Positions 1-13,050 are shown, numbered from the whole stretch's first letter. The stretch is DNA of 63,995 bases, filler included, from Octopus bimaculoides (GCF_001194135.2; 7 parts of 5 records of this genome joined end to end with filler, not necessarily neighbours in it); one strand, 5' to 3'. Numbers and translations: made by a program. Notes: a model not told the origin generated them from the sequence alone.

Positions 1-38
<38 letters not shown>

Positions 39-260
39 GTATATATATATATATATTATATATTATATATTATATATATATATCCATGTATGTATTCATG
101 TATGTGTGTATGTATGTATCTATGTATGTATGTATTTGTGTATGTATGTAAGTATGGATGGATGGATGTACGTACGCACGTGTTTGTGGATCTGTTTGTG
201 TGTGCGTTTGTGTAGATAGATATAGACACATGCACATATACATGCATCAACTATATAAAT
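1..260. repeat. (TA)n/(TATG)n compound microsatellite
   Basis: Direct read; explains the YIYI/MYVC ORFs at 37-343. Confidence 0.95.
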
Positions 261-611
261 GGATGGTATGTCGATTTCATATAGAATCAGTTTCTAGTTA
301 TTGGGAGAAGGTCACACATTGTCGAATAAGTGAAACTAAATGAAAAGATGGATTCTGCCGAATCAACAAAATTTCGTAGGTGTCAGTGTGGTTCGTACAC
401 TACACTGAACAGTGTCTATGTTTGTGACTCTATTTGCAGATATCCCGAAACTAATTGAAAGACATAGTGGGAACATTTATCCTCAGACATCAAAACATGG
501 CAAAAACATCGTCTTTCTTTGCAAGAATGGGATTCCTCTAACTAACCAAAACGCCGCTGATGTTATACCCGGTGATTGAGTTGATTTACTAAACAAGGCT
601 TGATTGGGATT

Positions 612-1760
612 ATATATTCGGTCATCTCATACACGATGCGGTTTTTCTATACTTATTTCATTTTTCAAAATTAAGTTAAACAAGCTTCTTTTTAAATCTA
701 AAATATATTCTCCATTTTCTACTATTCTCTTCCATCTATCGGGTAGACTTGCAAGGCCCCACTTCCAAAATTCACTTCTCTGTGAGGAAACATACTCCTC
801 TAGTACTGTTCTACAGAATTAATATTTTTTCCGTCCAAATGATTTTGAAGACAGCGGAATAAATGATAATCAGATGGGGTACTGTCCGGCGAATATGGCG
901 GGTGTGGCATCGCTTCCCATTCAAACTGCTCTAGCCTTTGGAATGTCATTCTCAGTGTAAGTGGCCGAGCATTATACTGATGGAAGAACACATTTCGTCT
1001 TGAAACCGAAGATGGTTGTTTCACTTCCGGCGCTGATTTAAGCCGCTCAGGCTACTTGCAGTACATCACCTTTGTTATCGCTTTGTGTTGGGTTTAAATG
1101 TTCAAAGTGGAATAAACCTTTCATATCCCACCAAACAGATAACAACAACTTACGTGAGTGAATATCTTTTTTAGCCTGAGATGCCGGTGTTTCTCCTTTC
1201 CTTTTCACAACCTTCGGCGTTTGATATTTTTATAGAGAACCCATTTCTCGTCACCAGTCACTGTTCAGTCCCAAAAAGGTTCATTCGTGAGACGTGACAG
1301 CAAAGAAAGGACAACATTCACTGTCTGCGCGTGATTAGACTCGGAGAGTTTGTGAGGAACCCATTGACCCAATTTGCTGACTTCTCCGATGGCACGCGGG
1401 TATAGATGAATGGTTAACTAACCAAATCCAAGATTATCTACTAGTTCCTCAACAGTTACGATGGTATTTTGTTACACTTAGTTTTGCAGGAAGTCTTTAT
1501 CGAGCTCTGCAGATCTTCCAGGACGAAGCTCGTCTTTTAGGCTGTAGTTTCCGTCTCGGAATTTCTGTAACTTCAATTGACACCGGCTTACGTTTATTGT
1601 CCGATCCACATTTACTGCATTAATGTTCCTCGCACTTTCCATTGCGTTGTTGCCTTTATTGAACTCATAAAGTAAAATATGCCGAATATACTCCTTTGCT
1701 TTATTTGTGTGTCAATGAAATGGTTGACGGTGTATTGTTTCAGTGATACTTCCTGGACAT
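612..1760 (-). mobile_element. Degenerate mariner (Tc1/mariner DD34D) transposon, 5' end not identified
   Basis: Minus-strand translation gives, in order, KEYIRHILLYEFNKGNNAMESARNI (N-terminal HTH), VTGDEKWVLYKN, VWWDMKG, FFHQYNARP, HPPYSPDSTPSDYHLFRCLQNHL and LPDRWKRIVENGEYILD, with stops and frameshifts. A TIR-like end lies near 612-645. Confidence 0.9.
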
Positions 1761-4187
1761 AGCCGAGAAAACTATTCCCTGTGCTATATTATATCAGCAC
1801 TGATTTGCCGTAGAGAGATCTAATAACAGTAATTTTCGTGTGTATATATCAGACAATCAGTAAATTTCTTAGTTTCTTTTCTCATCAACAATATTCTTGT
1901 GTCCATATCCATGGAAAGGAAACCTAATTTTCACAGATCTCATCCACTTTGTTATCAGCAGCTCCAACAGAATGAAATATATTTCCAATGAGTGGAACAT
2001 CTAAGTTACTGCTCAGCTCATTTGATGCAGCAGTAAAATTCCAACAAATCACGGCCTCCACAGACCTAAAATATAGCAACACACGTAGAATAATGTGCAT
2101 TGAGATACACTGTGTCTAAAACCAAAATGATGGCATATTCCTAGATTGAAAGCTTTCAAATCTACGTCTGTCGAATCAAATGTGGCCTGGGATTAAATAA
2201 CAACAAATCATATATATATATCGTATTGACCATTGGTGTACTCCAGGTTTTGTTTTTAATTCCCCTAGGATAGACCGTCGTAAATGTCACTGCCGTAGAT
2301 TAATACAATTCCCGCATTAGTAATATAGAAAAGTTATGAACTGATTTAGAGTAGAATTTTCGAACCTGATATCTAGCTGTAACCATTTGATACTCTTGTA
2401 GTCACCGTCACCACATAATGAATGCACCAGCCAGTTCTTTAGGATTCACAAGAAGTGAAATTTAAATTATTTCCTATACACATTACGTGATAGGGATAAA
2501 TTAAACTGATTAAATTATTCTCCGTTATATTGGTTCTGCTTAGAGTTTGCTGAGATTATGGAGACTGTACATTATTAATTAGAGAATTAAATATTGTGTC
2601 TCTGAGGTAAGATCCGGTTGATATCAAATGTTTCATTTATACGTGGTCAGTAAGAACTAGTTACAGATCGTGCTGATATAATCAAATATAATCCACGTTT
2701 ACAAAATGTGATTTCTTACACGCGTAACTGAAACGAATACTTGATATCTAGATGTAGACGTATATATTTCTTTCTCACAATGAAAACGTAATAGTTTTAA
2801 ATTGGTAAATGAAACTCAACGAAGTAATTATATACTGCTCTTATCATAAATGCAGTTTTACCCACATACTAATAAGTATATATCGGGAGATATATTTTTT
2901 CTCTGATGTAAACAGCGGTAGCAGAGAAACACTGATGATTACTAGGGTTTTGGAATCTTATATTCTCCCAATAATATATGTTTCAACGCTCGCCAGAAGT
3001 ATAAATTGAAGAGAGTTCCGACTGCAGAAATTAACTTCTCAAATCAGATGATAATTTGGGGATTCCCTTTTGAAGGTCTGTGTATGTAGCAACTACTCTG
3101 AACAAGATACGTAATTATTAAAATAATGTAGGACCTGGTGGTGTATTTAATTTACAAGCAGCTGCAAGAGGATAGAGTAGTTTGTGACTCAGAGGAAGAG
3201 GCATAATCTTTGTTAAGTATTCTTCCATATATGAAATATACGCAGCCAGTGTCTCTTGTTTTAAAAGGTTGTTAGAGTATATAAAATTACAATGATTACA
3301 GAGATGTTTCCTTACAAATACGAATGCAATATTGTTATTGTGTGTCTTTGATATATGAAATTATTTAGCACAGGTGTTTTTGACGGAGGCCAGTTGTTCA
3401 TGTAAACATTGTACGATGCTTTTATATGATTATAGCTTGTGGAGTTGTATAAAGGTTGAGTATATATATTCATTTTAGATTGAAAGTAACCGCAATTACG
3501 TCGTTGATACAGAGAAACAAGAGCGTAGTACTGAATACGTAGTAACATCGAAAACCTGAAGGACTCAAGAAGAGATGTAACTAAAGCCAAAGTTATAATA
3601 TAAGATTGAGAAATCGTCAGTATTAATAAATTAATACGAAACAAAGAAGAATTTGCTTTATTTGTTAGTTTCTAAATCAAAAGAAACATGCTTAAGAAGT
3701 AGAGAACTAGACAGCATTAATTTCAGTGTACTTCCAATAGAACTAGAAGAATAAGAAAACAAAAATGTGTATACTATTTCATTTATCTTCGAATTCAGAA
3801 GCTATCTATTTCTATAGAAGCCTTACTGACGTTCTCAAAGGAGTCAACATGATTCTAACAGATAAAAAAGATGTTATAGAATTGTATAAGAGTAAAAAGT
3901 CATGTATCTGCAGTGCAAACATTTAATGAGCCACGGTCATATAAACGTATAATGAATTACTTCTAGCGACGTACTTGCCAAGGAGGCAATATATTTATCA
4001 GTAATATTTCCGATGTGTAACAAATCACCAACGTGTAATGATATATTTAATTAAATACATACACAAACTCACACGCACGCACACACATATATATGCATAT
4101 ATAAATTTCTGTGTATTTGTGTATATATGTATAAGTGTATATANNNNNNNNNNNNNNNNNNNNNNNNNNNNNNNNNNNNNNNNNNNN

Positions 4188-4199
4188 TTAATTAATTAA
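4188..4199. other. Artificial six-frame-stop gap linker TTAATTAATTAA (also 10668-10679, 26544-26555, 51425-51436, 58588-58599, 62615-62626)
   Basis: The identical 12-mer is centred in a 44N+12+44N block six times, so it is an assembly artefact. Confidence 0.95.
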
Positions 4200-4243
4200 N
4201 NNNNNNNNNNNNNNNNNNNNNNNNNNNNNNNNNNNNNNNNNNN

Positions 4244-4373
4244 ATACATGCATACCTACCTACGCACCTAGCTACCTACTTGCCTACCTACCTACCTACC
4301 TACCTACCTACCTACCTACCTACCTACCAACCTACCTACCTACCTACCTACCTACCTACATACATACATACAT
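4244..4373. repeat. (TACC)n/(TACA)n microsatellite
   Basis: Direct read. Confidence 0.95.
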
Positions 4374-4385
4374 AGCCAATGGTTA

Positions 4386-4680
4386 GAGCATGGCTCAGTG
4401 GTTAGGTCTGGCTCACAATCATGAATAAGATTTCCGCACCGGGATGTGTGTTGCGTTTTAGAGCAAAACACTGTATTTCACGTTACTTCAGTTCACTCAG
4501 CTGTAGATATGAGTTACTATGCCACTGGTGCCAAGCAACATCGGTATTTTTCTTTGTATTGGGTACAATCGGTGGCATGGAGAGGGGACGCTGATACAAC
4601 CTTGCCTCGACTTCTGTCTCGAGGGTAACTTTCTAGGTGCAAACGCACGGTCATTCACGACTGAAGAAGGTCTTTACCCT
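4386..4680 (+). mobile_element. tRNA-derived SINE (head B + shared core + tail type 3)
   Basis: A-box-like TGGCTCAGTGGTTAG; core GAGCAAAACAC...CACGTTACTTCAGTTCACTCAGC shared with the copies at 15270 and 37735. Confidence 0.75.
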
Positions 4681-5514
4681 AAATATAAATACTTACGCAT
4701 ATTATACGCATATATTGTTTTACTTTATTTTGTTTTGCTTCTTTCAGTAATTGCACTTCTGCCAAACTATTGTACCACCCTCAGGGGTTAACTCGGAACA
4801 AATGGAAAACAATACTCACTACTTAATTTGAAGTCCATAACATATTTTGTTACGTACGTTTGAAAGAAAAGCAGTTCTTAAAGCGATGAGGAGACATCTC
4901 CAAAGGCACATCCTCCTTCAGAAATTTATCACCACTCAGGGGCTAGAGCAGATTTCATCCAAGATGCAGCGACTTTACATTTTAAAACACAACGAAGCTT
5001 ATGCCTCAGACTTGTAGACTTATAATTTAAAAGGATACAACTTTTTTTTTTTAACAACAACACAGGACTCTATAAATGAATGAAACTAGAGTTAATGAAA
5101 TTAATTTCACAAGATTACCACTGCTTTCAGTAAACATGATCAGCAGTTACTTTGAAAAGTATTAAATAGATACGGTGCTAATAATCCTAAAGAAAATGCG
5201 GCAAGCTTATCGTTAATTAATTTTATAGATGTACTAGTAAATTGATTATAGGCTATCACAAACATTCTATAGTGAAATTTCTTTTAGATATACATAGAAA
5301 TATTGGCATTATTAAGCTGTTCGTTGCTCAAATGCTGATATTTAACCACTATTTCAAGAAACTTTCCAGAGATGTGCCAAGACTTGAATATTAAAGCATA
5401 CATGTTATGTACAAGAGGGAATTTATCGACTGGTATGAGTTTAGAATAGTAACATAAACATTGTAATCAATAGATGCTAACAGTTGTTAGGATACGAATT
5501 ATAGGAATCGATTT

Positions 5515-5825
5515 TAGTCATTAGCCGTACTGGAGCAACGCGTCGAATGGTTAAGTCAAACAATTCGACCACAGAACATATTTTCTAAAATTTATTACTT
5601 ATTGTACTGTTTTCGTTTCCTTAAACTGTTAATGCAACAGTCACGTAAACAAAACTATGCCGGTTGACAAGTGGTAGGAGACACACAAAAACGCACACAC
5701 AACGACACACACACAAAGACACCCACAAGCATACACATGAACATACACAAACACACACATGTACGCGTGCCAAATTCATTGACTGAGCATTGGTCGACCC
5801 GGGGATACCGTAGAAGAGCCTTGCA
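5515..5825 (-). mobile_element. Degenerate SINE, same family as 36219-36592 and 36930-37260
   Basis: Similarity to ...GCTGGAGCACC...GTCGAA...TCGACC...GGTTGTCAAGC... followed by an internal (CA)n and a TAGAAGA motif. Confidence 0.65.
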
Positions 5826-7673
5826 TCTCTACTAAATATTAAATATTACCATTATAACAATTAATAAATAATTTGAATGCATAATTTGAGATTCAAATAA
5901 GTTTTAACGATTGTAAGCGTGTCTATGTACTTCTGTCATGTTTGTGTGTGTGTGTGTNNNNNNNNNNNNNNNNNNNNNNNNNNNNNNNNNNNNNNNNNNN
6001 NNNNNNNNNNNNNNNNNNNNNNNNNNNNNNNNNNNNNNNNNNNNNNNNNNNNNNNNNNNNNNNNNNNNNNNNNNNNNNNNNNNNNNNNNNNNNNNNNNNN
6101 NNNNNNNNNNNNNNNNNNNNNNNNNNNNNNNNNNNNNNNNNNNNNNNNNNNNNNNNNNNNNNNNNNNNNNNNNNNNNNNNNNNNNNNNNNNNNNNNNNNN
6201 NNNNNNNNNNNNNNNNNNNNNNNNNNNNNNNNNNNNNNNNNNNNNNNNNNNNNNNNNNNNNNNNNNNNNNNNNNNNNNNNNNNNNNNNNNNNNNNNNNNN
6301 NNNNNNNNNNNNNNNNNNNNNNNNNNNNNNNNNNNNNNNNNNNNNNNNNNNNNNNNNNNNNNNNNNNNNNNNNNNNNNNNNNNNNNNNNNNNNNNNNNNN
6401 NNNNNNNNNNNNNNNNNNNNNNNNNNNNNNNNNNNNNNNNNNNNNNNNNNNNNNNNNNNNNNNNNNNNNNNNNNNNNNNNNNNNNNNNNNNNNNNNNNNN
6501 NNNNNNNNNNNNNNNNNNNNNNNNNNNNNNNNNNNNNNNNNNNNNNNNNNNNNNNNNNNNNNNNNNNNNNNNNNNNNNNNNNNNNNNNNNNNNNNNNNNN
6601 NNNNNNNNNNNNNNNNNNNNNNNNNNNNNNNNNNNNNNNNNNNNNNNNNNNNNNNNNNNNNNNNNNNNNNNNNNNNNNNNNNNNNNNNNNNNNNNNNNNN
6701 NNNNNNNNNNNNNNNNNNNNNNNNNNNNNNNNNNNNNNNNNNNNNNNNNNNNNNNNNNNNNNNNNNNNNNNNNNNNNNNNNNNNNNNNNNNNNNNNNNNN
6801 NNNNNNNNNNNNNNNNNNNNNNNNNNNNNNNNNNNNNNNNNNNNNNNNNNNNNNNNNNNNNNNNNNNNNNNNNNNNNNNNNNNNNNNNNNNNNNNNNNNN
6901 NNNNNNNATATATATATATATATATATATATACACATGCATATTACAAACATACAATATTTTTTTGTATTTTATATATATATAGATTAGCTACCACCTGG
7001 AGTAAAATATCTTAGTACATGTTGCTGCCTTTACAGTTAATTTTTGCAAAAATATTATTAAATGTGCCCCAAAACTTGAAGCAGATTTCGTTGAGATAAA
7101 TATAAATGTAATCCATAACGTTTGAAAAATAAATTTTATCTTGCAATCGTTACCATGCTTAATACTCAGGGTAGTTTGCAATATTGTATGAAGTGCACCT
7201 GCGAACATATGTTATTATTTTGGATGTTAATTTAACGCAACTGTTACATATCTAAAACCTGTCCATAAAAGTAAACACACACACACATCCCTCTGAGAAT
7301 CGTTTCCAGTAAAGTTTGAGAAAAAGAAAAATCAAGTATGTCGGAAGGCAAAAAAGATTACAGAGCAGCAAAGTGTTGTGCTTCAGATAAGAGTAAAACA
7401 AAATTGTGTCCTGCACTGGGTTATGTTAGCATTCTCTTCGTAATTGCCGAACCCTGATGAAAGAAACCTATTATAATAAATGTGCGGATTGTTGAAGCCA
7501 CCGTGAGTCAGAGGTCTAGAGATACAGAACTATCTTTATGTATGTTTGATGAAATTATCTTTTCAGTAAATACCTTGTTTCGTCTAAAGTCTAAAGTCAT
7601 ACACCGTGCAGTATGAATCTCTTTAAAGCGATATATATAAATATAAATCTACTTATATTTATGTGCATCTGTT

Positions 7674-7718
<45 letters not shown>

Positions 7719-8325
7719 CAATATATTATAAATTAACTACCAACAAAAATAATTGGTAAGCTAACTTAAAAAATCATCACCTAAATAGCAGAAAAAAACG
7801 ACAGTGAAGATATGCAGACTCTTCAAGAATCGATCCTTTTGGTTATATTAATGATAATAAAGGAGTTACGACGCAAAAACGTNNNNNNNNNNNNNNNNNN
7901 NNNNNNNNNNNNNNNNNNNNNNNNNNNNNNNNNNNNNNNNNNNNNNNNNNNNNNNNNNNNNNNNNNNNNNNNNNNNNNNNNNNNNNNNNNNNNNNNNNNN
8001 NNNNNNNNNNNNNNNNNNNNNNNNNNNNNNNNNNNNNNNNNNNNNNNNNNNNNNNNNNNNNNNNNNNNNNNNNNNNNNNNNNNNNNNNNNNNNNNNNNNN
8101 NNNNNNNNNNNNNNNNNNNNNNNNNNNNNNNNNNNNNNNNNNNNNNNNNNNNNNNNNNNNNNNNNNNNNNNNNNNNNNNNNNNNNNNNNNNNNNNNNNNN
8201 NNNNNNNNNNNNNNNNNNNNNNNNNNNNNNNNNNNNNNNNNNNNNNNNNNNNNNNNNNNNNNNNNNNNNNNNNNNNNNNNNNNNNNNNNNNNNNNNNNNN
8301 NNNNNNNNNNNNNNNNNNNNNNNNN

Positions 8326-8409
<84 letters not shown>

Positions 8410-8669
8410 CAGTATCTATACCAAGCAGTGTTCAAGCATAAGCGATGCTTAGGTTAGTTAAAATATATTCGTCACATATTTCAAATTCTAAAAGGTAAAT
8501 CTGCACAGAGATACCTGTCTTCGGTATTTCCCATTCATTACGGTTAACACGCTATATACATTGCGTCTGGGAAACCGATATAAGGCAACACTGGGCAGAT
8601 ATGACAGAGGTTTTCGCTTGGTGGGTATCACGTCTTCTGATACATGATCAACAGCACATCATGCTGATA

Positions 8670-9311
8670 ACATCACAGGACAATTCGTTGTTACTTGAGG
8701 CAGCTGGTTTATTTATCTTTTTGCCAGAGATAAAGCGATAATCCATGCAGTGAAAACACCCTTCATCACCTGTTCCAAAGAGGACGAAGGTCGTTTCATC
8801 TACATGGAAAGTGATGGGCTCCGCATTTTGGTATGTAAACTATTGTTTTTATTGACTGTTTTCAGAAGGTCCACACCATCAATGGGGAGTACTATGCGAA
8901 CTTGTTGAGACAGTTTCGAAAGACTAATAAGACCAGACACCCGGGGAAAACTAACGAAAGGAGTCTTGTTTAATCCAGCAAACCAAGTCCTTGGTGTTCG
9001 TGCTTCTGGCTTTGAACTGGTTGATCAACTTCCCTATCCTTATGTGGCCCCATCTGATTGTCATCAATTCCCCAACATGGAAAAACATTTGGCTATGAAT
9101 CAGTGGAGGAGTGATGGCGTGATATCAGCTGTTGATGCCATTTTTGCTCAACTGGATGAAAGCTTCTTTATCAATGGGTTCCAAAGAATGCCATACCTAT
9201 GGAAGTAGTGTGTGGACCGCAAGTGGAACTATGTTGAAAAATAAACCTCAGTTGATCACATTCCATAAGAATATCTTATACAGCCTATGAACTTTTCAAC
9301 CAGCCCTCGTA
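8670..9311 (+). mobile_element. Degenerate mariner transposon, 3' half with 3' TIR
   Basis: KVMGSAFW, HTINGEYYANLLRQ, YPYVAPSDCHQFPNMEKHL and CVDRKWNYVEK motifs; ends ...AACTTTTCAACCAGCCCTCG|TA, typical of a mariner TIR plus TA target. Confidence 0.85.
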
Positions 9312-10394
9312 TAAATATGATCACGAAAATTAGTTACGTTATAGACAACATGCGAATTCAAGTTAAAATCGATGGAAATAAACTATTATATACTAAAATA
9401 CTAAACCTTATTTAAAATTATACTATCAGGCGACTACGGTAAACACCATTTTCATATATACTGAATACTCAGGTGAATATTATCACATGAGAACCTAAAA
9501 CTACATTCCAAAATAGAAACATAATGTCGCACACATGGATATTATTAGATGTAGGAAAATACAAAACATTTTGATTTGCTAGGAATATTTTTCGTGTTCC
9601 CTTATTTCTTTCATTATTCCTTCTTTTTTTTGAATATTTTTTTGTTGTTGTTCCTTTTCCGATTGAAAGAAATTTTAAGTGGTTTATGCCTTGATATATT
9701 TCTCATCCATACATATTATTGAAAATGCTTTGAACCAAGCAAGATGAGAAAACAGAAAACAATAATGTATTAGCCATTTACGACACTGTGGTATTTCATA
9801 TTACAATAAGAGAAACCCATGATACCACATGTGAAGTGTCATATGCTAACATCATTTATCATTTTCAGGTCTTAGGTAAGAAAAAGAAATAAATGATTAA
9901 TAAGAATATATTATATTTTTGTATCCAGTCGTGCTCGAGAACCTATATTCATAAAACAAGTGCAAGGGTGTATGCAAATTTGCAAATATAAATACAGCTG
10001 TTCGCAAAAATTCATTCGTGCCATACATATTCATACACACACAGACACACGTATGGTGGGGAGAGAAAGATTCGAAAGCATATAGAAAGTGTTAACATCA
10101 ATAACATATTTATTGCTTGTTGTGAAACCCTTAGGCGCACCGTCAGAGATCTCGTCATAAAAACAATTCCGGTGCGTCTAGGTTGATATTTAATTGTTCG
10201 CCAGCGGATTTCGAAAACTTCGTTTTACCTCTCTATTGCATAGGCATATCATCTAGCTATCACGGCAAAGTGGTTGGAATTCGTGACTTTGATATATAAA
10301 ATATGGAAAAATGTTAACACCAACCGTATAAAGAACAAAGTGAATAGTGGTAACAGCAACTGAAGAAGTAATAATGTTAGCAGTAGTTGTAAGT

Positions 10395-10540
10395 ATTATT
10401 TACATTTGACAGATATTTGTCGTCATCTTGTTTCTTGTTAACACATTTTCGCTGATATACCCTCCAGCCTTCATCAGGTGTCTTGAGGAAATTTCGAACC
10501 TGGGTTCTCATTCCTAAGGCATTTTTCGATGTTGTTGTTG

Positions 10541-10623
<83 letters not shown>
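10395..10623 (-). mobile_element. PLE-type terminal repeat (copy 1) with a degenerate hammerhead, adjoining a (GTT)n(ATT)n microsatellite
   Basis: Nearly identical to 26310-26499; the minus strand contains GACAC-CTGATGA-A-GGCTG...CAGC-GAAAAT-GTGTT. Confidence 0.7.
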
Positions 10624-10803
10624 NNNNNNNNNNNNNNNNNNNNNNNNNNNNNNNNNNNNNNNNNNNNTTAATTAATTAANNNNNNNNNNNNNNNNNNNNN
10701 NNNNNNNNNNNNNNNNNNNNNNNTATATATATATATATATACATATATTCATATATATATTTACATACATTTATCTATATAAATTTACACCCTACACACA
10801 CAT

Positions 10804-10845
<42 letters not shown>

Positions 10846-11014
10846 TTGTTCAATCACGTGTAAACATACTTTTGCCTGTATGCATGACTGCACAAATATA
10901 CATGCAGATATAATTTTTACATATTAACATGTTTAGAAACACTCTCTTCGACACATTAATAGCGGAAATATATACAAAGCCGAGTGAAAAATGAATTGTA
11001 GTATATGGATTTAT

Positions 11015-11024
11015 ATTATTATTG

Positions 11025-11083
<59 letters not shown>

Positions 11084-11136
11084 GGTAGTGGGAGTAGTAG
11101 TTGTAGCAGCAGCAGCAACTGTACTTGCAGCAGCAC

Positions 11137-11195
<59 letters not shown>
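11015..11195. repeat. (TTA)n, (AGC)n and (TAG)n microsatellites
   Basis: Direct read; explains the poly-I/L/S/V ORFs. Confidence 0.95.
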
Positions 11196-12254
11196 ATTGT
11201 GGTTATTGTGTTGTTAGTAGATGTTCTTTCTTAGCATTGATTTTGTAATAGCTATAAAAGTACGAGGGAAAATATTAATGAAAAGAGTCATTTTCCTGTT
11301 AGCATTACTTACACTTAATACATGTATGCATATCAGGTTCATTGACACACTCATATTTATGGGTGTCTACGTGTGTGTCTGTTCTCATTTTTATAGACAC
11401 GTGCATGCATACACGCATACACACACATGCACACACACACATACACACGCACACATACAAATTGATGCGTGTTTATACTTGGTGATTCAAATTTAATATA
11501 GTAGTACCCGAATGTATTGTAAAACAAACAAAAAATGTGTGCCCAAGTTCTCGATGGAATTTTTTGATATATTATTCTCGGAACGCACCTCCTGCTTAGA
11601 TGTCCGCTTAATTTTAGGGCCTAAATGTTTTATATGGCAGCTCTAACTGATCTGTATTTAAGTTGGACCTCGCTTAGACAATAGCGACCTTTAGTGAACT
11701 TCTACTATTATGAGAATGTCGATTGATATCCCTTTCAACAATGCATTAAAAGTAATTAGCCTTAGAATTTAAATCTAGCAATTTTGAAGTTCACAATTTG
11801 GTGGAAAATTATCCTAAAAATTGTCTGATGTCAATTCCTTTGTTACGTGAGCTTTGTGAGAATTTGCTAAGGCTTCTCGAAATACATAATCCATTCTGCA
11901 TATTTCCTCCAAGGCTTAAAAACTGTTTCCAGCACTTCAATGTATCCAGTATGACATGAGATTCCTTACTCACTACTTCTAAAACCACCACAGCTCCTGG
12001 ATACTTAACGTGCTGTCGATGCTTATTCGCCTTTGAAAGCTTATAGAATTTCAAGTGAAATAAATTCACTCATCTACAAAATTAGAAATATTGCCTTTCT
12101 AAATATCTCAGAGAAATTTATACAGTAGCAGCACAATAAAGTGATGGTTTGTTGCCCGGGAAAGGGAAGAATGCTACTGCGATCTGTATCCTTAAGTTTT
12201 TGAAATTCTACAAGTTTTCAAAGGCGAATAAGCATCAATAGCAAGCCAAGCTAC

Positions 12255-12297
12255 TCCAGACTGATGAAGAGCAATGATCCTGAAACTAGTCTCTGGA
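12255..12297 (+). ncRNA. Candidate minimal type-I hammerhead ribozyme (PLE-like), weak stem II
   Basis: TCCAGA-CTGATGA-AGAGCAATGATCCT-GAAAC-TA-GTC-TCTGGA: perfect 6-bp stem I, intact core, palindromic ACTAGT stem III, GUC cleavage triplet. Confidence 0.65.
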
Positions 12298-12386
12298 TGC
12301 TGGCTATTATTAATAGTCAGCATTAAAAAATAGCTCACATACAAAACAATTATATACACGAACAAAGAGCAAACAAAGACACAAAC

Positions 12387-12387
<1 letters not shown>

Positions 12388-12469
<82 letters not shown>
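12388..12469. repeat. (ATCT)n microsatellite (others at 47698-47818, 48502-48569, 51086-51210)
   Basis: Direct read. Confidence 0.95.
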
Positions 12470-13050
12470 NNNNNNNNNNATATATATATATATATATAAT
12501 ATATAGTTTTAGGGAAAATAACTAAGTTTCAAGAACTCATCGATGAAAATCGACTATCACATATAGAAAAATTAACAATTAAAAGCACAATCAATGAGCA
12601 TAATATAAAACAAAGTAAATATCATAAGATAAAGATAATAAAATGACTACACGTGTTTCATAACCAATTTTCGAATAGAAAGGAAATTTAAATCGATTAA
12701 AATCAATTGAAATTATCGAAAATAAATTCTATTCAAAAATGTAGCTAATCGTTAGGTCGTAAGTAGAACAATAATTAAAATAAATAAATATATATATCAA
12801 CCAATAATAAGTACCAAATGAATTTATATGAAATACTTATTTTATAAAGATAGGAAAATTATTACAAATATCAAAATATCAAAATAATAAACATTCAATA
12901 ATCATCCCTTCATCCATTATAATATATGCTAATATGTATATTATATACAAAAACCAGCTTACATAAATTATCATTGTTTTAAATACAATTTGAACGAAGT
13001 TTAAGTTTAAAATAATAATGAAGATAAAATTAGTACATATATATATATAT

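Noticed and set aside
4850-5030. 54-codon open frame ERKAVLKAMRRHLQRH...
   Set aside because: No start codon context or splice signals; the length is within chance expectation.
5904-8441. Long ORFs spanning N runs, and YI/HT/CV/RE/SL dipeptide ORFs throughout the window
   Set aside because: Artefacts of gaps and microsatellites.
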